Source: a virus (taxonomy: Duplodnaviria; Caudoviricetes). Taken from it: a DNA stretch of 64,000 bases. Location of the stretch: IMG/VR virus record IMGVR_UViG_3300033066_001625, positions 1 through 64,000 of that record, one strand, 5' to 3'. The notes under the pieces were generated by a model, which was given only the letters and a program-made list of their open reading frames with translations, did no database searches and had not been told where the DNA came from. The translations under genes and the position numbers were made by a program. This document shows positions 27,633-39,000 of the stretch, in pieces (within the stretch, counting starts at the first letter, position 1; each line of letters starts with the position of its first letter).

Positions 27633-29810
27633 ATGCCTTGTTCGCCTAACGATGTGTCAATAAGCCCCCCTGATGGTCCGTCTGGTCCTTCCATTCCTGG
27701 ATTTGGTGTTCCTTTTGCTTTGGATTTGCCAAATATCAATCCATTTCCAGCAGGGTTTCCGGAAGATTTATTAAGTATTCTTAATGCTTTACAGTTATTG
27801 ATTCCTCCTGGTGCTTTATTACCAACATTAAGTTTGAATTTCGGCAAAGATATTTTCGATGCCATCATGAAATTGCTTGATCAATTCATGCCATTCTTGA
27901 TGTTGTATAAATTCTTCTTACCCATTTTGAAGATCATTGTTTGTATTATTGAAGTTATTTGTGCCATCGCTAATCCATTCAAATTAATACCTGCAATTAT
28001 TAAGCTGTTTACAGATTGTATTCCAGCTTTCTTGCTATTATTTCCGATCTTTGCAATCATAATTATGATCATATCTTTGCTATTATTGCTGATAGCATTG
28101 ATTGAATATATTGTTGCACAAATTTTGAAATTCATTTCGGCTATCTTGAGAAACATTTTCATGTTAATAAGTGCATTTCAAGAAGCCAATATCAACTCTG
28201 TTCTAGCAATCGCCAAGAAGTTGGGAGCCATGTTATGTGTATTCCAGAACTTGTTTGTATTGTTAGCTATCTTCAATATTATCATTCAGGTTATTAAGGA
28301 CATTTTAGGAATGGCATTTGCTATTCCACCATGTGATGACAGCGATTGCTGTACATCTGACGTATGTCCAGCTTTCATTAAGAATGCGCCATATACTAAT
28401 TTTACAGGTCAACTACAGTATTTGAGAGGGGTTGGAGTTAAAACAAATGTAGAAATTCCATTGCCGCCTCCAGCAGACCCAATTTTCTTCAGTTATCAAT
28501 TAAGAAATGAAGTTTGGCAGTTGTACGATCCTCAGCAAACAATAATTCAACAATTTATGAATATTGTCAATGCTTTCGATGTATTGCCTACGGATGATGG
28601 TCCAGATCCATTCTTCAAGACAATCTTCTTTCCAACAGATTCTTTCTTCTCTGAGAAGACTCCTGCTAAACAAGCTGCCTATACGGTAGATTTGAGATTG
28701 TTCTATAATCCAGCAGATTGGGGACGTGTAGGTGTAGCAAGATACGTTAGATTCAAGGATTGCATTGTGTTGGCAATTCCAACCCAAATAGTCAATACAT
28801 ACAACAATGTCCCCGAGATTGCATTAAATGGTGTATTGAATTTGGCAGGCGGTAAGGGATATGAAGATGATGGTAAAACTAAGTTAAAAGGATTTGATAC
28901 AGATGGCGTCACCCCCATTAAGAAGCAAGCTACCCTCAATAACTTTTTCCACAAAGAAGATAATGTTTCTGCTACTCCAAGTTATTCTCCAAGCGATGCA
29001 CATTTGTTCGCTGATATCGAGTATACATTCAAACCTGGAATGGCTACCCTATTATCAAAGGAATTGGTAACTGCTGGTTGCATGCCTGATCTTTCCTTGG
29101 CTAAAGGATTTGTGAACAATGCCTTAGCAGGTGATGTGGCTTTGAAAACACAGTTATTGAAAGATGTTTTCAACAAGCCAGACTTCCCAAATCCTGATGC
29201 TGCTCAACAATGTTTGTCAACTGCATTATCAGCTTTGAGAGCTAACTTGACACCACAAGGCGTGGCAGAATTCCAAACCACCGCCCTATTATGTTTGCAA
29301 AAGTTGAGAGATGATACAACTAGTGCGCTTTCCTCTATCATTGGTATTGGAAACGATCCTTGTAAGTCTTCATTTAAGGCAGTTCCTCAAACTCAATTTA
29401 CCAGTAAGCCCATTGTGGTTAAGGTTGATATCAATGAGAATAACGGCATTTCATTAACCAATGGAATTCCTGCTGACATTGCGTCTAACCTAGCAGACAG
29501 AATCAAGGGGCACGTTACATTTGGTGACATATCAAACTTTACATACGATGGATATCAATCTTTCACCGCTAATTTGACCAGCAAAGATGCTGGTGCGGGA
29601 CAGCTAATGATATCGTTTGATAATAATACTTTCTGTACAAATGATACGACTGCTTTGACACACACATTGCAAGTTGTAGACTATCAATTTGTATTCACTC
29701 CTGCTGTCATCTCTACACCAATCGGTGATGAATCTGACGGCACTCAACCAAGAAGAGATGCGGGTGACTTGGGAGATATGGGTGATGTTGGTGGTAAGGA
29801 TGGCTCCTAA
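27633..29810 (+). CDS. Hypothetical virion protein with a long hydrophobic N-terminal helical region
   Basis: 725-aa ORF; Pro-rich start, then ~190 aa of strongly hydrophobic helices and scattered Cys. Confidence 0.75.
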   Translation: MPCSPNDVSISPPDGPSGPSIPGFGVPFALDLPNINPFPAGFPEDLLSILNALQLLIPPGALLPTLSLNFGKDIFDAIMKLLDQFMPFLMLYKFFLPILKIIVCIIEVICAIANPFKLIPAIIKLFTDCIPAFLLLFPIFAIIIMIISLLLLLIALIEYIVAQILKFISAILRNIFMLISAFQEANINSVLAIAKKLGAMLCVFQNLFVLLAIFNIIIQVIKDILGMAFAIPPCDDSDCCTSDVCPAFIKNAPYTNFTGQLQYLRGVGVKTNVEIPLPPPADPIFFSYQLRNEVWQLYDPQQTIIQQFMNIVNAFDVLPTDDGPDPFFKTIFFPTDSFFSEKTPAKQAAYTVDLRLFYNPADWGRVGVARYVRFKDCIVLAIPTQIVNTYNNVPEIALNGVLNLAGGKGYEDDGKTKLKGFDTDGVTPIKKQATLNNFFHKEDNVSATPSYSPSDAHLFADIEYTFKPGMATLLSKELVTAGCMPDLSLAKGFVNNALAGDVALKTQLLKDVFNKPDFPNPDAAQQCLSTALSALRANLTPQGVAEFQTTALLCLQKLRDDTTSALSSIIGIGNDPCKSSFKAVPQTQFTSKPIVVKVDINENNGISLTNGIPADIASNLADRIKGHVTFGDISNFTYDGYQSFTANLTSKDAGAGQLMISFDNNTFCTNDTTALTHTLQVVDYQFVFTPAVISTPIGDESDGTQPRRDAGDLGDMGDVGGKDGS

Positions 29811-31477
29811 TGGTTGATCAAATCCCTAATCAAGCTAATTATCAGGATGCGCAGAACTTCAATATTGATATCAATAAGGTCTACAGTGACTTTATCTCTG
29901 CCATAGATAAAATTAGGAGTTATACCAATTGTGCCGCAGTCTCCGATCAAGCTGCTATTACAGCTTTTCAAGCTGGAGACCCCACATTGGCTAAGTTGAA
30001 ACAACAAACAACTATTAGCTCAACACCTCAAGAAAGTAGATGTCATGCTTTCTTTAGAATCATTGGATTTCCAGTGGTTTCTAGTGCTAATAAAATCTAC
30101 AATCCTGGGCACGATATAGTTTATGATTCATCTAGAACTATTGGCGCCGCTGTTAGTGCAGCCAAACTAAGTATTGCCGCCAGCCCGATAGCTAAATTTA
30201 GAAACTTATCTCTACAAAGAGAAAGTTATGTAACAGGTATAGCCAGTATTTTCAGTATCCCCAATTCTATTGATGCTGCTACTTTAGCTTTATCTTCTGG
30301 TTTCAAAATTAGACAATTCGCCGCCCCTATAATCAATAGTGCTGACGCTTTGGATATGGACCCAAAGAGTCAACAGTATAAAATTGATTTTAGTAGCTTA
30401 GTGGGAATCAATGATAAGAAACTAACTGAATATGTAGATGTTTCAGGAAATACACCCACTCAATTACAAGCTCAAAGAACTCATATAATCAAGCCATTTA
30501 TAGTGGATCCTGTTATTGATTTTACCGTCAATGATGCATCTAAACTTGTAGCCGTGCCTTTCGTGCCTACTAAGAATCATTTGATGGTCAAAGATGGCGT
30601 ATTTGTTAACAGACCAATTATCGAGCAAGTTATTAGAGATAGATTTACTGTTGCTAATCAGGTGGATTCTACAGGAACAGCTGATAAATCGGTCATTGAT
30701 TACATCAAGAGTATCCCCGCCATTCAAGATGAAGCCATTATCAGTAGTATCAGTAGTGGTGATGTGTATAAACTAGCGGAACAAACTCAATTCGTAAAGT
30801 TTATCAATATTATTAGAGCAATGGTTGCTAAGCTGGTAGAATCACAGATCACTATTTTCACTGCACAATCTAAGTATTATTGGGTTCCAGTTCCATCTAC
30901 TTTTGGTCCTGAAGGTGGGTGTACAGTACAGGGTGTGTTTCTTTCTACCAATGTTCCTAGCGATTTTATTACTCCTCGCGACCAAGCTATTATTGAGGCG
31001 AAAATTAGGACTACAATTAATGCTATCAATGCCCAAACTGCCAATATACAAGGCATTCCAGATGTGGGTGGATTTTCTTTTGATAGCTTCAAGACAACTT
31101 TTGGTCCAGATTCTAGTACTGCATTAGGAGATACTAGTGTTCAAACATTGCAAGACCTAACTAACAAGAGAAGTGTAGATTTACAAAAAGCTGGTGATGC
31201 TTTAAGAACGATAGAAATAATTATGGGAGAATTTAGCGGTCTGGGGTTGTGTGATATCATAGCAACTATGGGGGCGCTTTATATCATGCCCAAAAATGAT
31301 TTACTTGGATTTTTGGATGATGATGCTATTAAAAGGATGAATACTTCCTTGCAATTAAGCCAATCTAGCCCCGGAATCCAAAAAGCCATGAAATCTTTCA
31401 TTTCTTCAGTGAAAGACTATTACAACCTGATGGATAAAATTTATCAAGATCAGTCTCAAAATAATGGTTTGCAATAA
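29810..31477 (+). CDS. Hypothetical virion protein (baseplate cluster)
   Basis: 555-aa ORF coupled by TAATG overlap; no family recognised. Confidence 0.7.
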   Translation: MVDQIPNQANYQDAQNFNIDINKVYSDFISAIDKIRSYTNCAAVSDQAAITAFQAGDPTLAKLKQQTTISSTPQESRCHAFFRIIGFPVVSSANKIYNPGHDIVYDSSRTIGAAVSAAKLSIAASPIAKFRNLSLQRESYVTGIASIFSIPNSIDAATLALSSGFKIRQFAAPIINSADALDMDPKSQQYKIDFSSLVGINDKKLTEYVDVSGNTPTQLQAQRTHIIKPFIVDPVIDFTVNDASKLVAVPFVPTKNHLMVKDGVFVNRPIIEQVIRDRFTVANQVDSTGTADKSVIDYIKSIPAIQDEAIISSISSGDVYKLAEQTQFVKFINIIRAMVAKLVESQITIFTAQSKYYWVPVPSTFGPEGGCTVQGVFLSTNVPSDFITPRDQAIIEAKIRTTINAINAQTANIQGIPDVGGFSFDSFKTTFGPDSSTALGDTSVQTLQDLTNKRSVDLQKAGDALRTIEIIMGEFSGLGLCDIIATMGALYIMPKNDLLGFLDDDAIKRMNTSLQLSQSSPGIQKAMKSFISSVKDYYNLMDKIYQDQSQNNGLQ

Positions 31478-31535
31478 AACTTGATATTTTGCTATTTGTC
31501 TATAATTGTGCATATCTGAAAGTGGAGAATTATAG

Positions 31536-31967
31536 ATGTCATTTGATCTTAAGATAAAAAACGGTAATTTAGTTGTTAACAACGGCGCCCTACAAACTGT
31601 TGTAGACAGCGAAAAATTGATTCAAGATATCCTTAAAATCTGTTTAACAACAGCTGGAGCGAATCCATATCAACCGTGGTATGGTTCTTTTTTATCTAGA
31701 ACTATTATAGGAAATCCTAGCTACACTTCTGTTTTAGTACAGGTATCCAAATCTCAATTGAATACAGCATTAGATAATTTGAAGAATCTACAAAATGCGC
31801 AGACGCAATCATTTCAGAGAGTTAGTGCAGATGAGCAAATTAATTTTATTTCAGATATATCTATAGTAAGGAACCAAATTGATCCTAGACTGTTTGATGT
31901 AGTCATTAAAGCTACAACTAAAGGATTGAAACCTATTACTACAGCCTTCAAAGTTTCTACTATATAA
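31536..31967 (+). CDS. Baseplate wedge subunit, gp25/gpW-like
   Basis: MSFDLKI...KLIQDILKICLT..G..PYQPWYGS pattern, 143 aa, directly upstream of the gpJ-like gene; GGAG RBS. Confidence 0.8.
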   Translation: MSFDLKIKNGNLVVNNGALQTVVDSEKLIQDILKICLTTAGANPYQPWYGSFLSRTIIGNPSYTSVLVQVSKSQLNTALDNLKNLQNAQTQSFQRVSADEQINFISDISIVRNQIDPRLFDVVIKATTKGLKPITTAFKVSTI

Positions 31968-31980
31968 TTTCTGAGGAAAC

Positions 31981-34900
31981 ATGGTTACAATACGCTCTGC
32001 AAATGAAATCATACAAAGTCTAGTGGACTTCTTCAGACTAGCACAGCCTGATTTGGATACCAAACAAGGCACGGTTGCTAGAGATTTATTCATTGAAGCT
32101 CCTGCCAGTCAAATTTCGCTCCTTTATGATCAAATGGGAGACATATCTAGCAAGCAGTCCATGAGATTAGTAGTAGGATCAGATTTAGATAAGCTGGCTA
32201 AAAACTTTGGTATTGTCAGAAGACAAGCAACTCCATCTACAGGCACAGCCCTATTAACCTTTGCTTCGATCAATGCTCCAATTAATATCAACCAGGGAGA
32301 TACTGTCATTGCTAACAATGGTATCTCATACTCTGTTACCGCGGGCGTTGCTGTTGCTCCCGCTAATGCTAACTTCTATAAATCAGTAGCTAGCAAGTTT
32401 GCTGATCAATTAGCTACTGCTGGTATTTCTGATCAATATGCTGTACAAGTTACTTTAAGAGCCACCTCTGCTGGTTCTGCTGGTAACATTGGAACTTACT
32501 CTCTTTCTAGATCCACTACTCCAGGAGTATCTAACGTCACTAATGTCAATCCATTTTCTGGCGGTACTGATCAAGAAGATGATGCATCTTTCAGAAATCG
32601 TGTCCTAGCTTCGTTCAGTGGTTCTAGTGTAGGAACTTCTTTAGGATACTTGAACGTAGCTTTGAGTACCACGGGCGTATCTGATGCTTATGTTGTTGAA
32701 CCTGGTGATCCCTTAATGACTAGAGACGGCACCATTGTTAAAGTAAATAGCGATGGTTCTAGAACTATTGTTTCAGAGGGCTCTGGTGGTAAAGTAGATA
32801 TTGTAGTATTAGGAACAAACCTAATAGAGAATAAAGATAGCTTTATCTACATAGACAAAAGCAACAGTAATGATCCAACTAGTCCTAAGAACAATATCGT
32901 TCTTGGACAAATTCCGGCAGATGCTAACAAAACTATCAATAGAAAAAGAATTGATAATCTTGCTAACGGTGTTTTGCCAACACAACCAATTGATGGAATT
33001 CTTGAAGTTACAGGTTCGGGCAGCGGATCTAACTTCTTGCCAAAATCTGTTGATTCATTAGGTAGAGTGTCTGGAAACTATGATTTAGTAAAAGATACTG
33101 GCATCTATGGTGGTAGTCCCTGGGGATTTGATACATTTGTTTGGGTTAATAATCAAATCGCATTCAGCGAAGATATTATCAAAGGTCAGTTAAATGGACA
33201 AGATGCCGTTACATTTACAGATGTTTTAACCATACCACAAGTGCAGCAAAATATCTCTATCACTAATGAAAATAGCATTGTTACCTCTGATAGATCAATT
33301 ATTCAATTACTGCACACCCCGGCAACCAATGTTACCAGAGTATTCAACGTTCACACGGGCGAAAGATACATTGTAACAAATCAAAATTTGGACAGTACAG
33401 GAACCTTCAATACCAGTGGCAGAATCCAAATTTCTGGAAACACTTTACCTTCTCCAAGTGATCAGTTGCAGGTAGATTATAGTTGGATTGTTAATTATGA
33501 TCAATACTCTGATTATGATGGTTTGTACAATACTCAAAATACTAGACCAGTTACCGACAGCATTGATTGGGGATTTGCCTCAATAGTAAATAATGAGAAA
33601 ATTCCTTTTACAAGGGATCTTTCCAATGGATTTTTCACTGGTGTAGCTAGCCATCCAATCAGCACAGTGTTAAATGCTAGAACATTTTTGGAAGTAAACG
33701 GAGTAGTCTCTAAGATTACCTCTGGAATATTCGTTAATAGATTGTCCGTTACTATTAATAATTTGGCTATTCCAACACAATCTATTGATAGCATAACTTT
33801 CAAGAATAACAATTCTGAATTGTATGCTACTGCTCAAGGTAATGGAAGTTTCAGTAACGTAACAGTAGTGTCCGGTATCAATATTGTATACAGCACAACT
33901 ATCATCTTACCAAATGATACAGTGGCACAAAATGGTGATAATGTAACTGTTATCCTGAATAGTACAGATGTGTTCCATAGCACCGATATTAACGGTAGTT
34001 CAAGCGGCACGCAAATTACTATTCCAAGTTCTTTGGTGAACACCACTGCCAATACAATTATATTGAAAGTAACTTACATTGCCAATATCTCAGACTTATT
34101 TTCCTTAGCAACTACTGGACTTCCAATCAGTAGAATTGGCAATGGATTCATATTGAATTCTAATGCTGGATTCAACAATTTTAGTCCAGTCAATTTATCA
34201 AGAAGAGAACATCAATCTATTCAGAAAAATACCAGCAATCAACTCTACATAGATTTAACTGCTTTGGTTATTGATTTCTCATTGTCGCCATCACAGGTTA
34301 TCTCAGTTATTAGACTTTCTGATAATCTAGAGCTATGGAATTCTGACAATCTGGGTAGCGTCATAGTTAGTAACACCGGAAATTATCAATTAGTCTTGAA
34401 TGGTGCGCACACTCCGGCAGTTGGAGATAAGGTACTGGTCATTTACTATACTTATGATTTAAGAAAATTCCAACCATTTAGCTACTACAATAGTTTAATC
34501 AGCAACAGAATAGATACTTTGAAAGTAGATCCTGGCACCAACAAGTTTTTCGTATCAATCAATAAGTTTACCACACAATCATCAGTTAGTTTTTCTATCA
34601 TAGAACCAAATACAGATATTGCTTTGTTTACTGTTTCTGATGGTCAATTAACAGACAATGGCGCCTCAGCATCCTTAACAAGCGCCACTTCTTTTTCTAC
34701 CTTGTTAGATTTGACAAACAAAAAGGTGCGTATTACAGGAGCTGCCGACCTATTCAATAATGGATTGTATGACATTACTGGATATGATTTGACATCAAAT
34801 ACCTTAACTATCACCAATATCGTTGATAAGATTACTACTGACCAAATCTGTATTATTAGAGTAGCAGATGGAAAAGAAGTTTGGAATTACAGTGGGGTAA

Positions 34901-36069
34901 TTGATGTCAACAATAACAAGTTGCTTTTGCCTGCTACCAACTTCGCTAGTGCAAATGATAAGGTTTATGTCATGTTGTTTAATTTTAACAACTTGAGAAA
35001 AACTCCAACTAAAATCACTGGTGTCACAGTTGATCAGGTAGTAAATACTGGTGTTATTACCATCGCCGGCACTACTTTGTTCAAAGCACAAGATATTGTT
35101 TTTACAGCCACCAACACTGGATTGAAGTTGAACATCTCTGAAGCTTTAAGAAAAGCTTTGAATATTTCCAGTGCCACCACAATACCTAATAATATAAGGA
35201 TAGCTAGAGTAACCAAACTAGAAAAAGTAATTACAGCTAGCGCAAGTAATGATGAAGTCTTGCAAGTACTTACTACATATGATTTGAAAAACACTACCAT
35301 TCAGAATAACTTGTTGTATGCTAATGAGTTATTAGCGGATCCAACACTTCACAATTTGGATATGGTATTGCCAAATACTAGTAATAATACATTGAATACT
35401 AGTACTCATAATCTACCTACGTTAGGAGATAAAATTAGAATTACCTTCTATTATACAGTTGATGGTGACTCTGAAAATCTTTCTTATACTAGAAATGGCG
35501 CGTTATATACTAACAAGAAATTCTCTTCAATTAATAAGGTCTATATTTCTAGCGGATTTAAGGCTTCACAATCTACCAAATTTACCGGAACCTCCTTTAC
35601 ACAACCCAGCTTAGGATCTAGATACAAGGTATTCTACAACTATCTTGGACCAAAACCAAATGAGAGAATTGTGGTTAGATACAACTACAACAAAATTATT
35701 ACTGATGTTACTTTTAGCATCGAAAATACTAGACCTATCAATGCCGACGTGTTGGTACGTCAAGCAAAGCAAGTCCTAACAGATTTGACTATGAATGTTG
35801 TTATTGCAGACAGCTTCCTTTCTTCTACAACAACTGTATTGCAGAACTTGAGAGACCAGTTAATTTCCGCTATGACTACTACCAAGCTTGGTCAAATTGT
35901 TGATGCACCAACGCTGATTAACGTAGCGCAAGCTGTTGATGGTATTGCAAGAGCAAGAATCTTGTACTTCAATAAGACTGGTAGCCAAGGTCAAGTTCAA
36001 AGTATCCAAGCACAGAAAGATGAATATCTAATTCCTAATAATGTAGTTATCAACACAGAGACTAGATAA
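31981..36069 (+). CDS. Baseplate J-like (gp6) wedge protein with large insertions
   Basis: N-terminal DTKQGTVARDLF...GSDLDKLAKNFGIVRRQATPSTG, GGTDQEDDASFRNR, and C-terminal LINVAQAVDGI motifs of baseplate J. Confidence 0.9.
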   Translation: MVTIRSANEIIQSLVDFFRLAQPDLDTKQGTVARDLFIEAPASQISLLYDQMGDISSKQSMRLVVGSDLDKLAKNFGIVRRQATPSTGTALLTFASINAPININQGDTVIANNGISYSVTAGVAVAPANANFYKSVASKFADQLATAGISDQYAVQVTLRATSAGSAGNIGTYSLSRSTTPGVSNVTNVNPFSGGTDQEDDASFRNRVLASFSGSSVGTSLGYLNVALSTTGVSDAYVVEPGDPLMTRDGTIVKVNSDGSRTIVSEGSGGKVDIVVLGTNLIENKDSFIYIDKSNSNDPTSPKNNIVLGQIPADANKTINRKRIDNLANGVLPTQPIDGILEVTGSGSGSNFLPKSVDSLGRVSGNYDLVKDTGIYGGSPWGFDTFVWVNNQIAFSEDIIKGQLNGQDAVTFTDVLTIPQVQQNISITNENSIVTSDRSIIQLLHTPATNVTRVFNVHTGERYIVTNQNLDSTGTFNTSGRIQISGNTLPSPSDQLQVDYSWIVNYDQYSDYDGLYNTQNTRPVTDSIDWGFASIVNNEKIPFTRDLSNGFFTGVASHPISTVLNARTFLEVNGVVSKITSGIFVNRLSVTINNLAIPTQSIDSITFKNNNSELYATAQGNGSFSNVTVVSGINIVYSTTIILPNDTVAQNGDNVTVILNSTDVFHSTDINGSSSGTQITIPSSLVNTTANTIILKVTYIANISDLFSLATTGLPISRIGNGFILNSNAGFNNFSPVNLSRREHQSIQKNTSNQLYIDLTALVIDFSLSPSQVISVIRLSDNLELWNSDNLGSVIVSNTGNYQLVLNGAHTPAVGDKVLVIYYTYDLRKFQPFSYYNSLISNRIDTLKVDPGTNKFFVSINKFTTQSSVSFSIIEPNTDIALFTVSDGQLTDNGASASLTSATSFSTLLDLTNKKVRITGAADLFNNGLYDITGYDLTSNTLTITNIVDKITTDQICIIRVADGKEVWNYSGVIDVNNNKLLLPATNFASANDKVYVMLFNFNNLRKTPTKITGVTVDQVVNTGVITIAGTTLFKAQDIVFTATNTGLKLNISEALRKALNISSATTIPNNIRIARVTKLEKVITASASNDEVLQVLTTYDLKNTTIQNNLLYANELLADPTLHNLDMVLPNTSNNTLNTSTHNLPTLGDKIRITFYYTVDGDSENLSYTRNGALYTNKKFSSINKVYISSGFKASQSTKFTGTSFTQPSLGSRYKVFYNYLGPKPNERIVVRYNYNKIITDVTFSIENTRPINADVLVRQAKQVLTDLTMNVVIADSFLSSTTTVLQNLRDQLISAMTTTKLGQIVDAPTLINVAQAVDGIARARILYFNKTGSQGQVQSIQAQKDEYLIPNNVVINTETR

Positions 36070-36070
36070 T

Positions 36071-39000
36071 ATGCAAAATCTTAGAATAGTTAACGTACAG
36101 ATAAATGACAGCTCCAATATTGATGTCACTTTTACAGAAAATTTGACAATGGGTCTTGTCACATCTAACGTTGCTATCATATCAGAAACTACAGGTGTAC
36201 CAGATTCAGATCCATTAATTCTTAAAGTTACTGGAAATGTTCTAAGTATTACTTGTCAGCCTTTGACTCCACTTGCCTCATATTTCATCGTTTTCTCTTC
36301 TACACCAACCAACCCATTTACCTCTGTAAATGGAGAGGCTAAGATGTTTGAAGATGGTGTACAAAATAGATATCTAATTACTGGTCCTTTACCTTCTGAT
36401 AATATTGTAAGAGAATATTTCAAATCATATTTCCAAGACAATATATATGATTTGGCTGATAGTAATGGGCTAATCTCTAAATATATTGATTCTTTGTCAA
36501 TCGCTTTATCTAGAGCTTTATATGATATCAATCAAGTTAAGAATGAAAACTATTTAAGTTTCACTGTTACTGATGAGCCACAAACCAGAGGAAGTGGTCC
36601 TACTGATAGGCTTAATCAAGAGTGCGCATATGAAATTACTAGAGTTGGTAGAGGCGTTAGCACAGCAAATGCCAAATTGGTATTTCCTATTGACAATTTC
36701 CCAGCTTTCCCTATTACCTTACAGAAACAAGATAATGTAGAGCAGTTAAAACCTAGCTCAACTGATCAGATAGGCTATTTCAATATTAATAGTTTAGTTT
36801 TGACACTATCAGCTTCGCCAGTCACAAAAGTAAATAGCATTGTGTTTACCTTGTTGACCACAAATCCTACTTACACTTATGATATTGCAAAGTATGGATA
36901 TCAAATCAAAAATTCTAGATATGATCAAGAATTTGCTTTTGATTATGCTTTACTATCTGATAATCAAATTAGAATAAGTGATAAGATATTAGAAGATCCC
37001 AACTTTTCCTTAACTGACATTTTTAATGTTCAAATAGAATATGAATCCAAAGATTTAGGCAGAGTAGTGAATGAGACTACGGTAACAGTTACTACTGTTA
37101 AATCTTCTTCCAGAGAAGTTCTTCCTCCTGTTATCAATATTTTCAATCTACAACACGCCCCCATAACAAATTTCAACGGTGATATTATTACTACCACTGG
37201 AGGAATTTCTTTTATTGATCCGAATGCTGCCGGAAGCACCAAACACCCAGCATTTCTATACGAGTTACCATTTAGATTAAATGGTCTTCCATTTAGCCCA
37301 GGTCAATACAGTGTTGATTATACTACTGGTACAGTTTATGTTTATGGTGCTGATTTAACCAACGATGGTACAGGACCATATCCACCATTAGCTACATATA
37401 ATTATCTATTGACATACAAACCAGAACAAGATTATGTATATGATTCTGATTTATTGGATTTAGTTACATTGCCAAATGGAAATCTGAGGGGCGCCCAAGG
37501 AAATGTTAATTTCAACTACGAGGAAGTTTTAGTTCCAGGTATAGATTATGTAGCAAATATACATCAAGAAGTTTTGGCTGAAAGAGTTGCAAACAATCTA
37601 GTTGCTGCCAACGCCGTTAGAGTACAAAATGCCCCTGTCACTAATGTATTCAGAATCTACAATGAAACATCTGGAGAAATTTATACATTAGATAGATGGA
37701 ATAATGATAAGGTCTATTTCAGATATAATACTCCGCCAGCCATAGAACAACTGATTGGGGAAAGAGTTAATTTCAATAATGTTATCAATGAGTTATTGTA
37801 TATTAATACTTCTATGGTCAATTCTGGCGCATTAGATGTCATCAAAATATTTCTAGCTAATAACTCTATTATTGGAGGAACAGAAGATGGTATTGCGTCT
37901 TCTTTCAATACTAGCTTAACATTCTCTGATGTAACTATTTTCTCTTCTGAGAAGTGGTTCAATAGACAATTAGATGAAGCTACCAATATTAATAGGCTAT
38001 CTAATTTAGGAGAGTACCTTGTTGATTATACTCATGGTATCATTTACTGTGCCGTAGCAAATCCACAAAACTTTAACATTGGTACAGCTTCTTACAAAAA
38101 TAATAGAATTATTCCGCAGTTCCCACACTTGATCAGCGTAGATGATATCTATTATCAAATCAGTGTGTTGGATCAAAAGAATAAGAAATTCTCCTATGAT
38201 TCTTTCGGAGATGGTTTTATTATTCCACAGACTTTAGATTACTCTGATGAATTGTCATTGAACAATGATACAAATTCTGTTTATCAAATAAGCAATAAGA
38301 CTGTTGGAACTTTCGTAGATGCTAGTTTTATTACAGGAGTAACAAATCAAGTTAAGTTTGTTAGATCAGTATTTGAATATGAAGATTTGTTCTTCAGCAC
38401 AAAACCTTTGAATTTTGCTTTCGCTAGCACCAGCAGCGGATTTAATATCCAAGTAAATTCATTGACGGGGCAATCATTCGAAAATGTACAATTTGATGGA
38501 TCTGATTACTATGTAATTATTGATCAAAATATTCCATATTTTTCATCAAATATCAGTTACTCTTTTCAAATTACCAGATTATCTGATTCCGTTTCTTTGT
38601 GGAACGGTTCTGGAACTATAGTTCCTGGAAACCCCGTTAAGTTGATTTTGCCAGGCATCGGTTCACCCGTGGCTGGCGATTTGGTTGATGTAACCTTCAC
38701 TTTCACAATCAATGATCTTTCAAGAGTCGTTGTAGATTACAACAAGGGCGAATACTACATTGACTACACTTATGTAGCTGATGAAATCATTCTTAGCTAT
38801 GAATATGGCGATAACGTTATTGATTTCAGAAAAAACAAGAATCTTCCTGCCAACACTCGTTATTTTGTTAGCTACAAGGTTGGAGCACTTAGAGATGCTT
38901 TGTTAAGAAATTTCGGTACATTGGTTAACGTGCCGGAACTAGCAAACTTCGACATAGATTTCAATCGTGAAAGATATCGTGATGCTTTGACGGCAGCCCT

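Noticed and set aside
31481-31506. TTGATA...TATAAT promoter before the gp25-like gene
   Set aside because: The spacer is only 14 nt and there is no proper extended -10 TGn.
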